This document shows, piece after piece, positions 1 to 7,619 of a stretch of DNA of 61,334 nucleotides. The notes beneath the pieces were generated by a model. It did no database searches and was not told the DNA's origin. It saw only the letters and a program-made list of their open reading frames with translations. The stretch's first letter is position 1, and every line of letters starts with the position of its first letter. This DNA comes from an uncultured Staphylococcaceae bacterium. GTDB taxonomy: Bacteria > Bacillota_I > Bacilli_A > RFN20 > CAG-826. A program made the translations under genes and the position numbers. The stretch is taken from NCBI GenBank assembly GCA_964507285.1, contig CAZDPH010000001.1, forward strand, positions 1 through 61,334, read 5' to 3'.

Positions 1-234
1 AATTATTATTTGTTTGTTATCTTTATCAACACGATAAATTAATCGATGTTGAATATTTATTCTTCTTGAGTAATAGCCTTCTAAGTCTCCTATTAATCTT
101 TCATATGAAGGTGGATTTTGAAACGGATTATTAGATATCACTACTAGTAATTGCTTTGCTTTTTTATCTAAACCAGATTGTTTTAAGCATTTTTTATCTT
201 TTTCAGCGTTTTTTGTAAAAAGAATTTCCCACAT
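1..234 (-). CDS. yoeB: Type II toxin, YoeB/Txe family (partial; last C-terminal residues lie beyond the window start)
   Basis: My translation of the minus strand from ATG 234-232 gives MWEILFTKNAEKDKKCLKQSGLDKKAKQLLVVISNNPFQNPPSYERLIGDLEGYYSRRINIQHRLIYRVDKDNKQIII. The G.L.GYYSRRI..QHRLIY core is the YoeB/Txe signature. The start abuts the antitoxin stop (TAA 237-235). It is absent from the ORF track because it runs off the window. Confidence 0.8.
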   Translation of the reverse strand, partial: MWEILFTKNAEKDKKCLKQSGLDKKAKQLLVVISNNPFQNPPSYERLIGDLEGYYSRRINIQHRLIYRVDKDNKQIII

Positions 235-486
235 TTACCATTCCTCATCAAGATTAAATTTAGACATCTTTTTTACATCTTCTTTTTCGCCTTCTTTAAT
301 TTTCTTAACAAGACCAGGATTAGACATAATATAAACTGTTTCAATTAAAGAATTATAATCATCTTCACTTATAAGAACAGCATTACCTTTTTTTGATGTT
401 ATTTGTATTGGTTCATTATATTCAATAACCGAATCAACTGCATTATAAAGATTTTTTCTTAATTCTGTAATATTTGTAATTGGCAT
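235..486 (-). CDS. yefM: Type II antitoxin, Phd/YefM family
   Basis: The track ORF 235..537 begins at a TTG. ATG at 486 is preceded by AAGGAG (aaaaggagaataaaaatATG). MPITNITELRKNLYNAVDSVIEYNEPIQITSKKGNAVLISEDDYNSLIETVYIMSNPG matches the Phd/YefM N-terminal fold pattern. It lies immediately upstream of the YoeB gene. Confidence 0.8.
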   Translation of the reverse strand: MPITNITELRKNLYNAVDSVIEYNEPIQITSKKGNAVLISEDDYNSLIETVYIMSNPGLVKKIKEGEKEDVKKMSKFNLDEEW

Positions 487-524
487 ATTTTTATTCTCCT
501 TTTTAATTATTATAATATAATTAA

Positions 525-542
525 CGTACTTAAACAAGTACG
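525..542. promoter_or_regulatory. Perfect palindrome CGTACTT-AAAC-AAGTACG upstream of yefM; candidate autoregulatory operator overlapping the promoter
   Basis: The inverted repeat is read directly from the sequence. It lies about 40 nt upstream of the antitoxin start, next to TATAAT-like hexamers on the minus strand. YefM-YoeB operators in E. coli are GTAC-core palindromes. Confidence 0.35.
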
Positions 543-550
543 CTATAATT

Positions 551-578
551 AAAAAAATCTTACTTTTTAAGTAAGATT
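551..578 (-). terminator. Rho-independent terminator downstream of the 578..1354 gene
   Basis: Minus strand reads aaatcttacttaaaaagtaagattttttt: a 7-8 bp stem (atcttac/gtaagat) followed by a T-run. Confidence 0.6.
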
Positions 579-1354
579 TATTTTATACTCGCAGAGAATT
601 CAGGTAAATTAAAACTAATTGAAAATACCGTATTAGATTCTACTTCTTTAATTAATGAGATTCCTAAATAAATTAAAGTAGAACCTTGGCTTTTAAATTC
701 TAAACTACCAGTTGATACACCTGTATCTCCTTCTTTGATTAAAGATCCAGAAAAATTAATATCTTTAGATGTTGTTGCAACACATTTTAAATATGTAGAA
801 GTAACATCTTCAGTGGTACTAGCATCTTTTAATCCAGTTAATGTAATATCAACACTATAATTAGGTACAGAATTTTTTAAAACACCATTCCAATACATTG
901 AATATTCATTAACATTATAAATATAAAATGGAATAACTACATAGTCATTTACTTTAGCAAAATTTAATTCAGAAATACTAATTTCTTTATAAACATATGG
1001 AGGATTTAAATGTGAACTATCTCCACTTAAATTAGTAGCAGTTCTACTTGCAGTTACATATTTAACTGTACAAGCTTTTCCAGTATCTTGATTAGTTCCA
1101 TCATAAACCTTAATAGCAGTTTCATTTTGATCATCATCACTTGTAAGATCATCAACGTGATAACTTGCTCCAATTGCATATGTTGATGAATAATCATGTG
1201 TAGTAGAGCTTGAAGTATCTTCATTAACAATTGGAGAAACATATTTAGATAAATTACCACTTGCAGTAAAATAAACGCTTGATGTAGTAACTGCAAATGC
1301 AGCACTTACTCCTAACATTGATATACCTAATAAACCTAAAATTTTAGTATTCAT
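578..1354 (-). CDS. Secreted protein of unknown function (N-terminal signal peptide)
   Basis: The track ORF starts at a TTG (1372). ATG at 1354 is preceded by GAGGT. MNTKILGLLGISMLGVSAAFAVTTSSVYFTAS looks like a signal peptide and weakly resembles SipW/TasA-type signal regions. The rest is Ser/Thr-rich and probably beta-rich. I recognise no catalytic motif. Confidence 0.6.
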   Translation of the reverse strand: MNTKILGLLGISMLGVSAAFAVTTSSVYFTASGNLSKYVSPIVNEDTSSSTTHDYSSTYAIGASYHVDDLTSDDDQNETAIKVYDGTNQDTGKACTVKYVTASRTATNLSGDSSHLNPPYVYKEISISELNFAKVNDYVVIPFYIYNVNEYSMYWNGVLKNSVPNYSVDITLTGLKDASTTEDVTSTYLKCVATTSKDINFSGSLIKEGDTGVSTGSLEFKSQGSTLIYLGISLIKEVESNTVFSISFNLPEFSASIK

Positions 1355-1495
1355 AACTATTACCTCTATCAATTATATTTTAGTATTATTTAAAAAATAT
1401 TTAAATTAAATTTTATTATTTTTTTGTTATTATAAATAAGACTTAAGTTTATGTAATTAAAATAATCAAATTCTTGATCATAAATTTAATCCATA

Positions 1496-2109
1496 TTATT
1501 TATTATAATGATAAATATCATTAAATTTAAATTTCTTATTAAATTCTTTTTCTTTAAGATCTTTTTCACATTTATTAAGTTTAGAATTAATTTCACTACC
1601 CTCTATTTGAGATAAACAATCACTTATTGATATTGAACATCTACCTGAAGTAGATGGCGATAAAAATAAATTATATTTTTTAAAATCATCTAATTTATAA
1701 TCTTTATAAAATAAATATAAAGATTTCTTTCCAAGAAAATAAATTGTATCAATTTTAGTATTTTTAAATGATTCTATAAAAGATTTTAAATCATTTTTTA
1801 TAGTTTTATTGTTAGAAGAATCAATTTTCTTATCTTCAAAACTATTTGTAATATCATACAAATCAAAAATAATATATTTTTTATTGGATTGAATTGTTTT
1901 AAGTTTTTCTTCATCATTATTTGAAATTTCTGGAAAAAATGTTTGATAAAATTTATTTCCATTATTACGATATGGAGTCAAAATTTTTCCTTTTTTCCAA
2001 TCATTATTTATTTCCTTAAAACTTTTTTGCCTAATCCAGTTCCTAAAAGGATAATATGTTTATTAAATGATTTCTCATTATTTAGTTTTTTATAATATTC
2101 ATTATTCAT
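1496..2109 (-). pseudogene. Frameshifted gene with uracil-DNA-glycosylase-superfamily-like motif order (family 6/HDG- or Mug-like); tentative
   Basis: ATG at 2109 opens MNNEYYKKLNNEKSFNKHIILLGTGLGKKVLRK*. The -1 frame continues ...SFKEINNDWKKGKILTPYRNNGNKFYQTFF... into track ORF 1496..1981, which begins at a TTG. The switch point is a T6 run (A6 on the coding strand) at 2023-2028. Motif order: ILLGtglg, then YRNNGNKFY, then IIFDLYD, then IYFLGKKSLYLF, then SPSTSGR. This resembles the UDG-superfamily order ILGS.PS / YY..P.N.FW / WD / FNG.KA / LPSTSPA, but with degenerate catalytic positions. Confidence 0.4.
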
Positions 2110-2160
2110 GTTATTCACCCTTGTAATAATATCAAAGTAAATGATCAAATCCATTTCTAC

Positions 2161-2319
2161 TTATATGATTGCCAGCATTTGAAATGATTGAGTCGAATCA
2201 TTTCTTATCATCACTTCTACTTTTGCCACATTATCAACCATCAAATCAAGTAGATTGTTAGTTTTAGTTAAATTATACTTTTTCAATTCTTTTAATTCAT
2301 TATCAATAAAGTTACTCAT
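2161..2319 (-). CDS. Small hypothetical protein (52 aa)
   Basis: The track ORF starts at a TTG (2352). ATG at 2319 is preceded by GAAAGAGGAAAA. MSNFIDNELKELKKYNLTKTNNLLDLMVDNVAK... has no recognisable motif. Confidence 0.35.
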   Translation of the reverse strand: MSNFIDNELKELKKYNLTKTNNLLDLMVDNVAKVEVMIRNDSTQSFQMLAII

Positions 2320-2464
2320 ACATTTTCCTCTTTCAATTTTATTTAATTCCAAAAATCAAAACATTTTAGATGAGATTATAACTTTATAATAACAATTTAT
2401 ATCAAAAAAGCAACCTCAATATAAACGAAAAATAATTTTTTATAGGCTTTATATACAAATAAAC

Positions 2465-2494
2465 AAAAAACGACATTTCTTTAATAAAATGTCG
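2465..2494 (-). terminator. Rho-independent terminator after tRNA-Leu
   Basis: Minus strand reads gcgacattttattaaagaaatgtcgttttttgttt: stem cgacat/atgtcg followed by a T-run. Confidence 0.6.
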
Positions 2495-2506
2495 CAATTT
2501 TTATTA

Positions 2507-2591
2507 TGGTGCGGGCGACAGGACTCGAACCTGCACGACTCTCATCAATAGATTCTAAGTCTATCGTGGCTACCAATTACACCACGCCCGC
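2507..2591 (-). tRNA. tRNA-Leu, anticodon UAG, CCA encoded
   Basis: Reverse complement is GCGGGCGTGGTGTAATTGGTAGCCACGATAGACTTAGAATCTATTGATGAGAGTCGTGCAGGTTCGAGTCCTGTCGCCCGCACCA. The acceptor stem GCGGGCG/CGCCCGC closes. The anticodon arm is ATAGA-CTTAGAA-TCTAT. There is a long variable arm, a GTTCGAGTC T-loop and a terminal CCA. Confidence 0.9.
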
Positions 2592-2654
2592 ATCATCAAT
2601 ATTATACATAATTAAATTTAAAATTCTTAGTTATTTTTTAAAAAATTAGAATAT
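2516..2654. repeat. Direct repeat, left copy (tRNA-Leu 5' three-quarters plus about 60 nt of its upstream/promoter region)
   Basis: Aligns by eye with 6152..6291. The tRNA part and the aattaaatttaaaattcttagttatttttt...attagaatat part are near-identical. The roughly 24 nt next to the tRNA 5' end has diverged, and there is one 1-nt indel. Confidence 0.8.
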
Positions 2655-2744
2655 GTTAAATGACAAACTAAAGGCAACAAGGAAATCAATAAGATAATAT
2701 TGTAAAATATAATTGTCTTCTTTGCTTTACAAAGGGAGATTATT

Positions 2745-2888
2745 ATGAAGAAAGAAATTAAAAGACTACAAGTTGGGGATAGATTAAAATTCAAACTAAA
2801 GCTAGCGATGAAAATGCTACAATTACCGATATTGCTATCTATATTGGAGTTAATAAATCAAAAATTGTTCGTGTCAATATATAAGTAA
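2745..2888 (+). pseudogene. Fragment of an XRE-like HTH regulator gene (frameshifted and truncated)
   Basis: ATG 2745 follows AAGGGAG. MKKEIKRLQVGDRLK then slips to another frame, giving IQTKASDENATITDIAIYIGVNKSKIVRVNI*. TITDIAIYIGVNKSKI resembles a helix-turn-helix. The fragment ends where the istB remnant begins. Confidence 0.3.
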
Positions 2889-3593
2889 ACAATTTGGACG
2901 CAAAATTTTTAACCAATATTGATTTCTTGCTTATTATCCTTAAATCTGTAATATAATCTCTTGTTCTATAAGATTTGCCAATAATATTTATGACATTATC
3001 ATGATGTAACAATCTATCTAATTTAGCATTAGCTAATATAGGATCACCAAATATTTCAGCCCATTTTGATAAAGGCTTATTAGTCGTAATAATAGTCGAA
3101 GTTTTTTCATACCTTTTAGCGATCAATTAAAAAATAAATTGCTAGATTCTACATCAAGTGGAAGGAATCCTACCTCATCAATAATAAGTAGTTTATATTT
3201 ACAAAAAATTGATTCTTTGTTCTAATCGATTTTCAATACGAGCTCTTTTAAGTTGTAAAACTAAATCATTACAAGAAATAAACTATGTGCAAGTTCTTTG
3301 TTTAGCAGCTTCAATACCAATAGAAGTAGCTAGATTAATTTTTCCAACTCCAGGAGAGCCTATAAAGATTATATTTTCCTTCTTTTCAATAAATTTAAAT
3401 ATTTAAAATTAGTTATTAGATCTTTATTAATAGATAGCTGAAAATAGAAATCAAAATCATCTAAAGTCTTGAGAAATGGGAAATTAGCGACCTTAATGCA
3501 AGCATTCATAGTTGTTTCTAATTTCATATCTATTTCGAGTTCTGTAAGCTCATAAAGTGCATCTACGAGAGTTTTATCATCATTATTAACCAT
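2839..3593 (-). pseudogene. istB: IS21-family IstB (AAA+ helper ATPase) pseudogene; no istA partner
   Basis: Three pieces lie in different frames. Piece 1 is MVNNDDKTLVDALYELTELEIDMKLE...FPFLKTLDDFDF. Piece 2 is ENIIFIGSPGVGKINLATSIGIEAAKQRTCT, then an in-frame TAG, then FISCNDLVLQLKRARIENRLEQRINFL. Piece 3 is LLIIDEVGFLPLD..., then IAKRYEKTSTIITTNKPLSKWAEIFGDPILANAKLDRLLHH. Walker A, Walker B and the IstB C-terminal motif are present in order but are broken by at least two frameshifts and a stop. Confidence 0.75.
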
Positions 3594-3994
3594 TGACAGA
3601 TAAGAGTCTATATTGGTGGAAATTCTAAATAATGTAAAATCCTTTAGATTTTTCTCTACCGCTTTTTATTTACTCCCATCCTCTTTGCATTTATAAAAAT
3701 AAAGTGTCAAACCCGCAAACGCCTCTACCAAGATTCGCACGCAACTATAGACCGCCATCATCTACATAACACTTCGCTCGTTGACATATTTTCTGGTAGT
3801 AGAACCACAATATAGAAGGTATAGTTACTGCCAGTTGTTCTTTTTTCTATCGCAAGTTTACCATTTTCTTTTCGTTTGAATAATCTATAAATCCTCCTGA
3901 TTTTGTGTACAAAAAAAGCACTCACCAATTGGTAAATGCTTTCTCTCATTATTTTGTTATTTCTCGTAATTTTGAATTGTTTTTACGGGAATGT

Positions 3995-5044
3995 TTATTT
4001 TTGTAGTATATAATATGTGTTTTTGCCCTGTCCGTATTTTTTAACTTTTCCGTCTTTCATCAAAGTTGCAATTGCTTTTTCAACCGCACTGACGGAAATC
4101 GTCGGACACAATTCTGCAATTTCGGATTTTGTAAGCTTGCCTATTTTGGTTTTAAACGCATTTTCGACAAGTTCCGTTGCCGTTTGCTTTTTACCGACGA
4201 GGCTTAGCCTTTCTTCAAAATCGTTATATGCGGATAATATTGTCATAAGCAAATATTTTATAAAAGGTGTCGGATTGTCTTTTCCCTCATGCCATCCGAT
4301 TTGACTATCATATAAAGCATCATAATATAAATCTTTATATTTGGCGATTTTGCTTTCAAGCGATATATACTTTCCGACAAAATAACCCGAACGGTAAAGG
4401 AGCAAAGTTGTCAACAATCTACTCATTCTGCCGTTGCCGTCACGAAAAGGATGAATGCAAAGAAAATCATGTATAAAGATCGGAATCAAAAGGAGTGCAT
4501 CCACAGTTCCGTCTTCAATTGCTTCATTGAACGTTTTACAAAGATTTTCTATCGCTATTGGTGTTTCTAACGGATCAAGTGGTATAAACAAAATGTTTTT
4601 GTTTCCGTTTGCATCTATAGCGGAAATCTCATTTTGTGAGTTCTTGAAACACCCTCCGAAGTTCATCTCGGTATTGTGAGAATAAAGTATCTTGTGCAAT
4701 TGTAAGATATAGTTCGCAGTGATCGGAATATACTCGAAGCTTTCATGAATTGTGGCAAGAGCGTCACGATAGCCTGCAATCTCTTTTTCGTTTCTATTTC
4801 TCGGAGTCGTTTTTTGCATAATCAATTGCTTTAATCGTGTTTCGGTTGTTTCAATACCTTCAATTGCATTACTTGCTTCCGTGCTTTGAACTTTTGCAAT
4901 TTCAACGAGTCTGTCAAGTTCTAACTGCTTTTGAGAAAGATACAATTCTTGTTTGCCTTTCATCTCGTGAATTTTGGCAAGGTACTCAACAATTGTGTTA
5001 TCCCATTTGCAGTTTGCAAGTTTTTTATAATTGAATTCTCTCAT
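3995..5044 (-). CDS. fic: Fic-family protein (AMPylase class) with N-terminal inhibitory helix and C-terminal winged-HTH
   Basis: Fic active-site motif HPFRDGNGRMSRLL (residues 198-211). Intramolecular inhibitory motif [ST]xxxE[GN] = SNAIEG (residues 58-63). The C-terminal LTKSEIAELCPTISVSAVEKAIATLMKDGKVKKYGQGKNTYY looks like a wHTH. Confidence 0.85.
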   Translation of the reverse strand: MREFNYKKLANCKWDNTIVEYLAKIHEMKGKQELYLSQKQLELDRLVEIAKVQSTEASNAIEGIETTETRLKQLIMQKTTPRNRNEKEIAGYRDALATIHESFEYIPITANYILQLHKILYSHNTEMNFGGCFKNSQNEISAIDANGNKNILFIPLDPLETPIAIENLCKTFNEAIEDGTVDALLLIPIFIHDFLCIHPFRDGNGRMSRLLTTLLLYRSGYFVGKYISLESKIAKYKDLYYDALYDSQIGWHEGKDNPTPFIKYLLMTILSAYNDFEERLSLVGKKQTATELVENAFKTKIGKLTKSEIAELCPTISVSAVEKAIATLMKDGKVKKYGQGKNTYYILQK

Positions 5045-5153
5045 ATTTAACTTCTTTCTCGTAAATTATACCACTTTTTACGAGAATAATCAATAAGTTA
5101 CGAGAATAAAATTGATAAGTTCTGCCTAAAAACTATATAAATAAAAAACCTCG

Positions 5154-6060
5154 TTAATCGTACTCTTGATTTCGTATTGCTCTATCTAATGTCATAACAG
5201 TTGCAATCACTCCGTCTATTTTTTTCGATAGATTTGGATTTGCCCATTTTGATGTTTCCTGCCGAATCTGTTCGGACGCAGAGATATTGTCCATCAGCGT
5301 GTTCTTTTCGACAACAGCAAGTTTATAAGTTCCTTTGTTGACGGACTCATATCTTTGAATCCTTGTCTAAATGGAACGACCGTAAATCCTATACCGTCAA
5401 AGTCTTGCGTCATCTGCACTGCTCTCCAACGATCAAAGTTAATTTCCTTGATGTTATATTTCCTTCCAAGTTCCTCTATAAAACTATCAATAAAAAACGT
5501 AATGAATGAAGTTTCCCTCGGTTGTTTATATAAAGCCTTGTTTCCCAATAGGTTATGCGGAACATGGTCTTTGTCAACTCGTCTTTGCACATTTTCTTCC
5601 GATATCCAAAAGTATGATAAAAAGTAATAGTTGTCATCTTCTTCGGTAGGATTTTATTTTGTACTATCGAAAGCGACCTTGACTTTATTTATTCCGACCT
5701 TAATGCTGAGCGAAGGATTTGCTTTCTTCCACACCTTCAGATCTATCCAATTGTTATTCTCGTCCGCTCCGTAGATAACCAAGTAGAAAGTACCGCCTAC
5801 CTTTCACCCCTTCAAAATATTTTTTGTTTTTTAGTGCGTTTCGTAGTAATTCAATTTTGTGTCCGTTCCTGCCGTAGTAATTAATAAATACAACATTTGC
5901 ATTTGGTATAGTAAAGGCATTCGATAAACGTCACCGCATAATCTGCTAACGTTTTATTGTAGGCGGAGTCTTTGGTTTTGAACTTGGTCGATTTCTATTT
6001 CTTTAACTTTCTCAAATCACTCCATCTTCTTTTGAAATGAAATAAGCCGACCGTGAGATT
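5154..6060 (-). pseudogene. Phage terminase large subunit pseudogene (N-terminus missing, several frameshifts and stops)
   Basis: Minus-strand fragments in different frames: ...YLLITTAGTDTKLNYYETH*; ...DLKVWKKANPSLSIKVGINK...; track ORF 5294..5590 (...EINFDRWRAVQMTQDFDGIGFTVVPFRQGFKDMSPSTKEL...); and the C-terminal ...NPNLSKKIDGVIATVMTLDRAIRNQEYD*. The order ITTAG / W.KANP.LG / FD.W / VPF.QG.K.MSP.TKE / KIDG..A is the Terminase_1 pattern. Confidence 0.7.
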
Positions 6061-6151
6061 TTCCTCATTTAGCTAACTTTCAACGCTTTTTATTTTGTTA
6101 TTTTATTTTTAACTCACCCGTAAATATGAAATGTACATACTCCTTTTTAGA

Positions 6152-6228
6152 CGATGGGACTCGAACCTGCACGACACTCATCAATAGATTCTAAGTCCAT
6201 CGTGTCTACCAATTACACCACGCCCAAA
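6152..6228 (-). pseudogene. 3'-truncated, non-functional copy of tRNA-Leu(UAG)
   Basis: The reverse complement retains the D arm, the anticodon arm (CTTAGAA loop) and the variable arm. The 3' half of the T stem is changed (cccat instead of cctgt). The 3' acceptor strand and CCA are replaced by unrelated sequence, and the first two 5' acceptor nucleotides also differ. Confidence 0.75.
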
Positions 6229-6291
6229 TTGTTAATTTTATATATAATTAAATTTAAAATTCTTAGTTATTTTTTAAAGAAATTAGAATAT
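6152..6291. repeat. Direct repeat, right copy (partner of 2516..2654)
   Basis: See the left copy. Aligned by eye. Confidence 0.8.
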
Positions 6292-6292
6292 T

Positions 6293-6301
6293 TGATATAA
6301 T
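6293..6301 (+). promoter_or_regulatory. Extended -10 element (TGaTATAAT) positioned for a leaderless transcript of the Y-family polymerase gene
   Basis: tttGaTATAATattttaATG: the hexamer ends 6 nt before ATG 6308, and no Shine-Dalgarno fits in between. Confidence 0.35.
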
Positions 6302-6307
6302 ATTTTA

Positions 6308-7561
6308 ATGAATGAAAAAGTAATAGCAGTTATAGATATGAAAGCATTCTATGCTTCTATAGAATGTGTAGAAAGAGGATTAGATCCATTTTCTACTCCT
6401 TTAGCAGTTACTGATATTACTCGTAAAGAAGCTACAATTGTATTAAGTGTATCTCCTTATTTAAAAGAATTGGGAGTACCATCTAGATGTAGAAGGAAAG
6501 ATTTACCTTCTAACATAGAAGGATTAATTTATGCACCTCCTCAAATGGAAAAATATGTAAAAATAAGTGCAGAAATTGTATCTATCTTTTTAGATTTTGT
6601 AGGTCTAGATGATATACATATTTATTCAATAGATGAATCTTTTTTAGATTTAACACCATATTTAAAATTATATAAATGTTCTCCTTATGAACTTGCAAAA
6701 AAAATATTAAATAGAGTTTATGAAAAAACTAAATTACCTGCTACATGTGGACTTGGATCTAATATGTTTCTTGCTAAAGTAGCAGATGATATATATGCTA
6801 AAAAAAGTAAAGATTTTATAGGTACTTTATATTCTAATGAAATAAAAGAAAAGTTATATCCTATAACTCCTTTAAATAAAATATGGGGAATATCAAATGG
6901 TTATCTAACAAGGCTTAATAAACTAGGTATTTACAAAGTAGAAGATTTAGCAAAGTTTGATTTAGAATTACTTAAAAAAGAATTTGGAATATTAGGAGAA
7001 GAATTATACAATCACGCTAATGGATTAGATGATACAAATATTAGAGATAAATATATTCCAATTAATAAAGCTTTATCTAATGGACAAGTATTACTTAAAG
7101 ATTATAACTATAAAAATGCTAAATTAATTTTAAAAGAAATGAATGATGAATTAGCATTTAGATTAAGAGAAATTAATCGAAAAACAAATTGTGTTCATCT
7201 TTATATAGGTTATTCATTATGTTCTAATGAAGTAGGATTTGCTAAAAATATGACACTATCAAAGTCTACTAATAATACTAAAGATTTATTTGATGCTTTA
7301 AATTATTTATATGATTCATATATTGAAGATAAACCTATTCGAAGAATAGGAATATCTTATTCTAATTTAGTTATTTCTCATTCCGATCAATTATCATTAT
7401 TTAAAGATTTAAAAGAAGAAGAAATAGAATCAAACATGTTTAATGCTTTTGATGAAATTCAAAATAAATACGGAAAAGATAAATTATTAAGATTAACTAG
7501 TAAAGATAAAGATTCTACAATTAAAGAAAGACATAATCAAATTGGTGGTCATAGAAGATAA
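6308..7561 (+). CDS. Y-family (DinB/UmuC-type) translesion DNA polymerase
   Basis: VIAVIDMKAFYASIECVERGLDP..., then YSIDESFLDLT (catalytic D/E motifs), then ATCGLGSNMFLAKVA, then an HhH-like LNKIWGIS. The 417-aa length is typical. Confidence 0.85.
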   Translation: MNEKVIAVIDMKAFYASIECVERGLDPFSTPLAVTDITRKEATIVLSVSPYLKELGVPSRCRRKDLPSNIEGLIYAPPQMEKYVKISAEIVSIFLDFVGLDDIHIYSIDESFLDLTPYLKLYKCSPYELAKKILNRVYEKTKLPATCGLGSNMFLAKVADDIYAKKSKDFIGTLYSNEIKEKLYPITPLNKIWGISNGYLTRLNKLGIYKVEDLAKFDLELLKKEFGILGEELYNHANGLDDTNIRDKYIPINKALSNGQVLLKDYNYKNAKLILKEMNDELAFRLREINRKTNCVHLYIGYSLCSNEVGFAKNMTLSKSTNNTKDLFDALNYLYDSYIEDKPIRRIGISYSNLVISHSDQLSLFKDLKEEEIESNMFNAFDEIQNKYGKDKLLRLTSKDKDSTIKERHNQIGGHRR

Positions 7562-7585
7562 TTTAATAACTATTATTTATAAAAA

Positions 7586-7609
7586 AAGACATGAATTTAA
7601 TCATGTCTT
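7586..7609. terminator. Bidirectional terminator between convergent genes
   Basis: aaaaaaAGACATGAatttaaTCATGTCTtttaat: 8-9 bp stem flanked by an A-run and a T-run. Confidence 0.6.
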
Positions 7610-7619
7610 TTAATTTGAA

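Larger units (their letters stand above)
2655..6151. mobile_element. Decayed integrated element or prophage remnant inserted at tRNA-Leu; no integrase visible
   Basis: Bounded by the two direct repeats. Contents are a fragmentary HTH gene, an istB pseudogene, an intact fic gene and a terminase pseudogene. From about 3600 onward G+C is visibly higher: hand counts give 20/60 for 4021-4080 and 28/60 for 4081-4140, against 13/60 for 24001-24060. Confidence 0.6.

Noticed and set aside
1054-1305. Track ORFs lying antisense or out of frame inside longer genes. Examples are 1054..1305, 4017..4679 (three ORFs), 4837..5034, 5355..5627, 8617..8847, 10493..10687, 13006..13248, 14682..14921, 16212..16633, 18640..18915, 21106..21381, 21797..22066, 22111..22296, 23059..23411, 29671..29856, 34355..35188, 41382..41600 and 51921..52160.
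   Set aside because: They are shadow ORFs of well-supported genes on the opposite strand or frame. Their composition is low-complexity (poly-Leu/Ile/Phe/Ser), which is typical of AT-rich antisense reading. They have no RBS and no motifs.
3285-3287. In-frame TAG inside the istB remnant, considered as possible stop-codon recoding.
   Set aside because: The same gene also carries several frameshifts and lacks its istA partner. Simple pseudogenisation explains it.
3758-3949. 63-aa minus-strand ORF between the istB remnant and fic.
   Set aside because: No RBS and no recognisable motif. It lies in decayed foreign DNA and could be a fragment of a destroyed gene. Evidence is insufficient to call a CDS.
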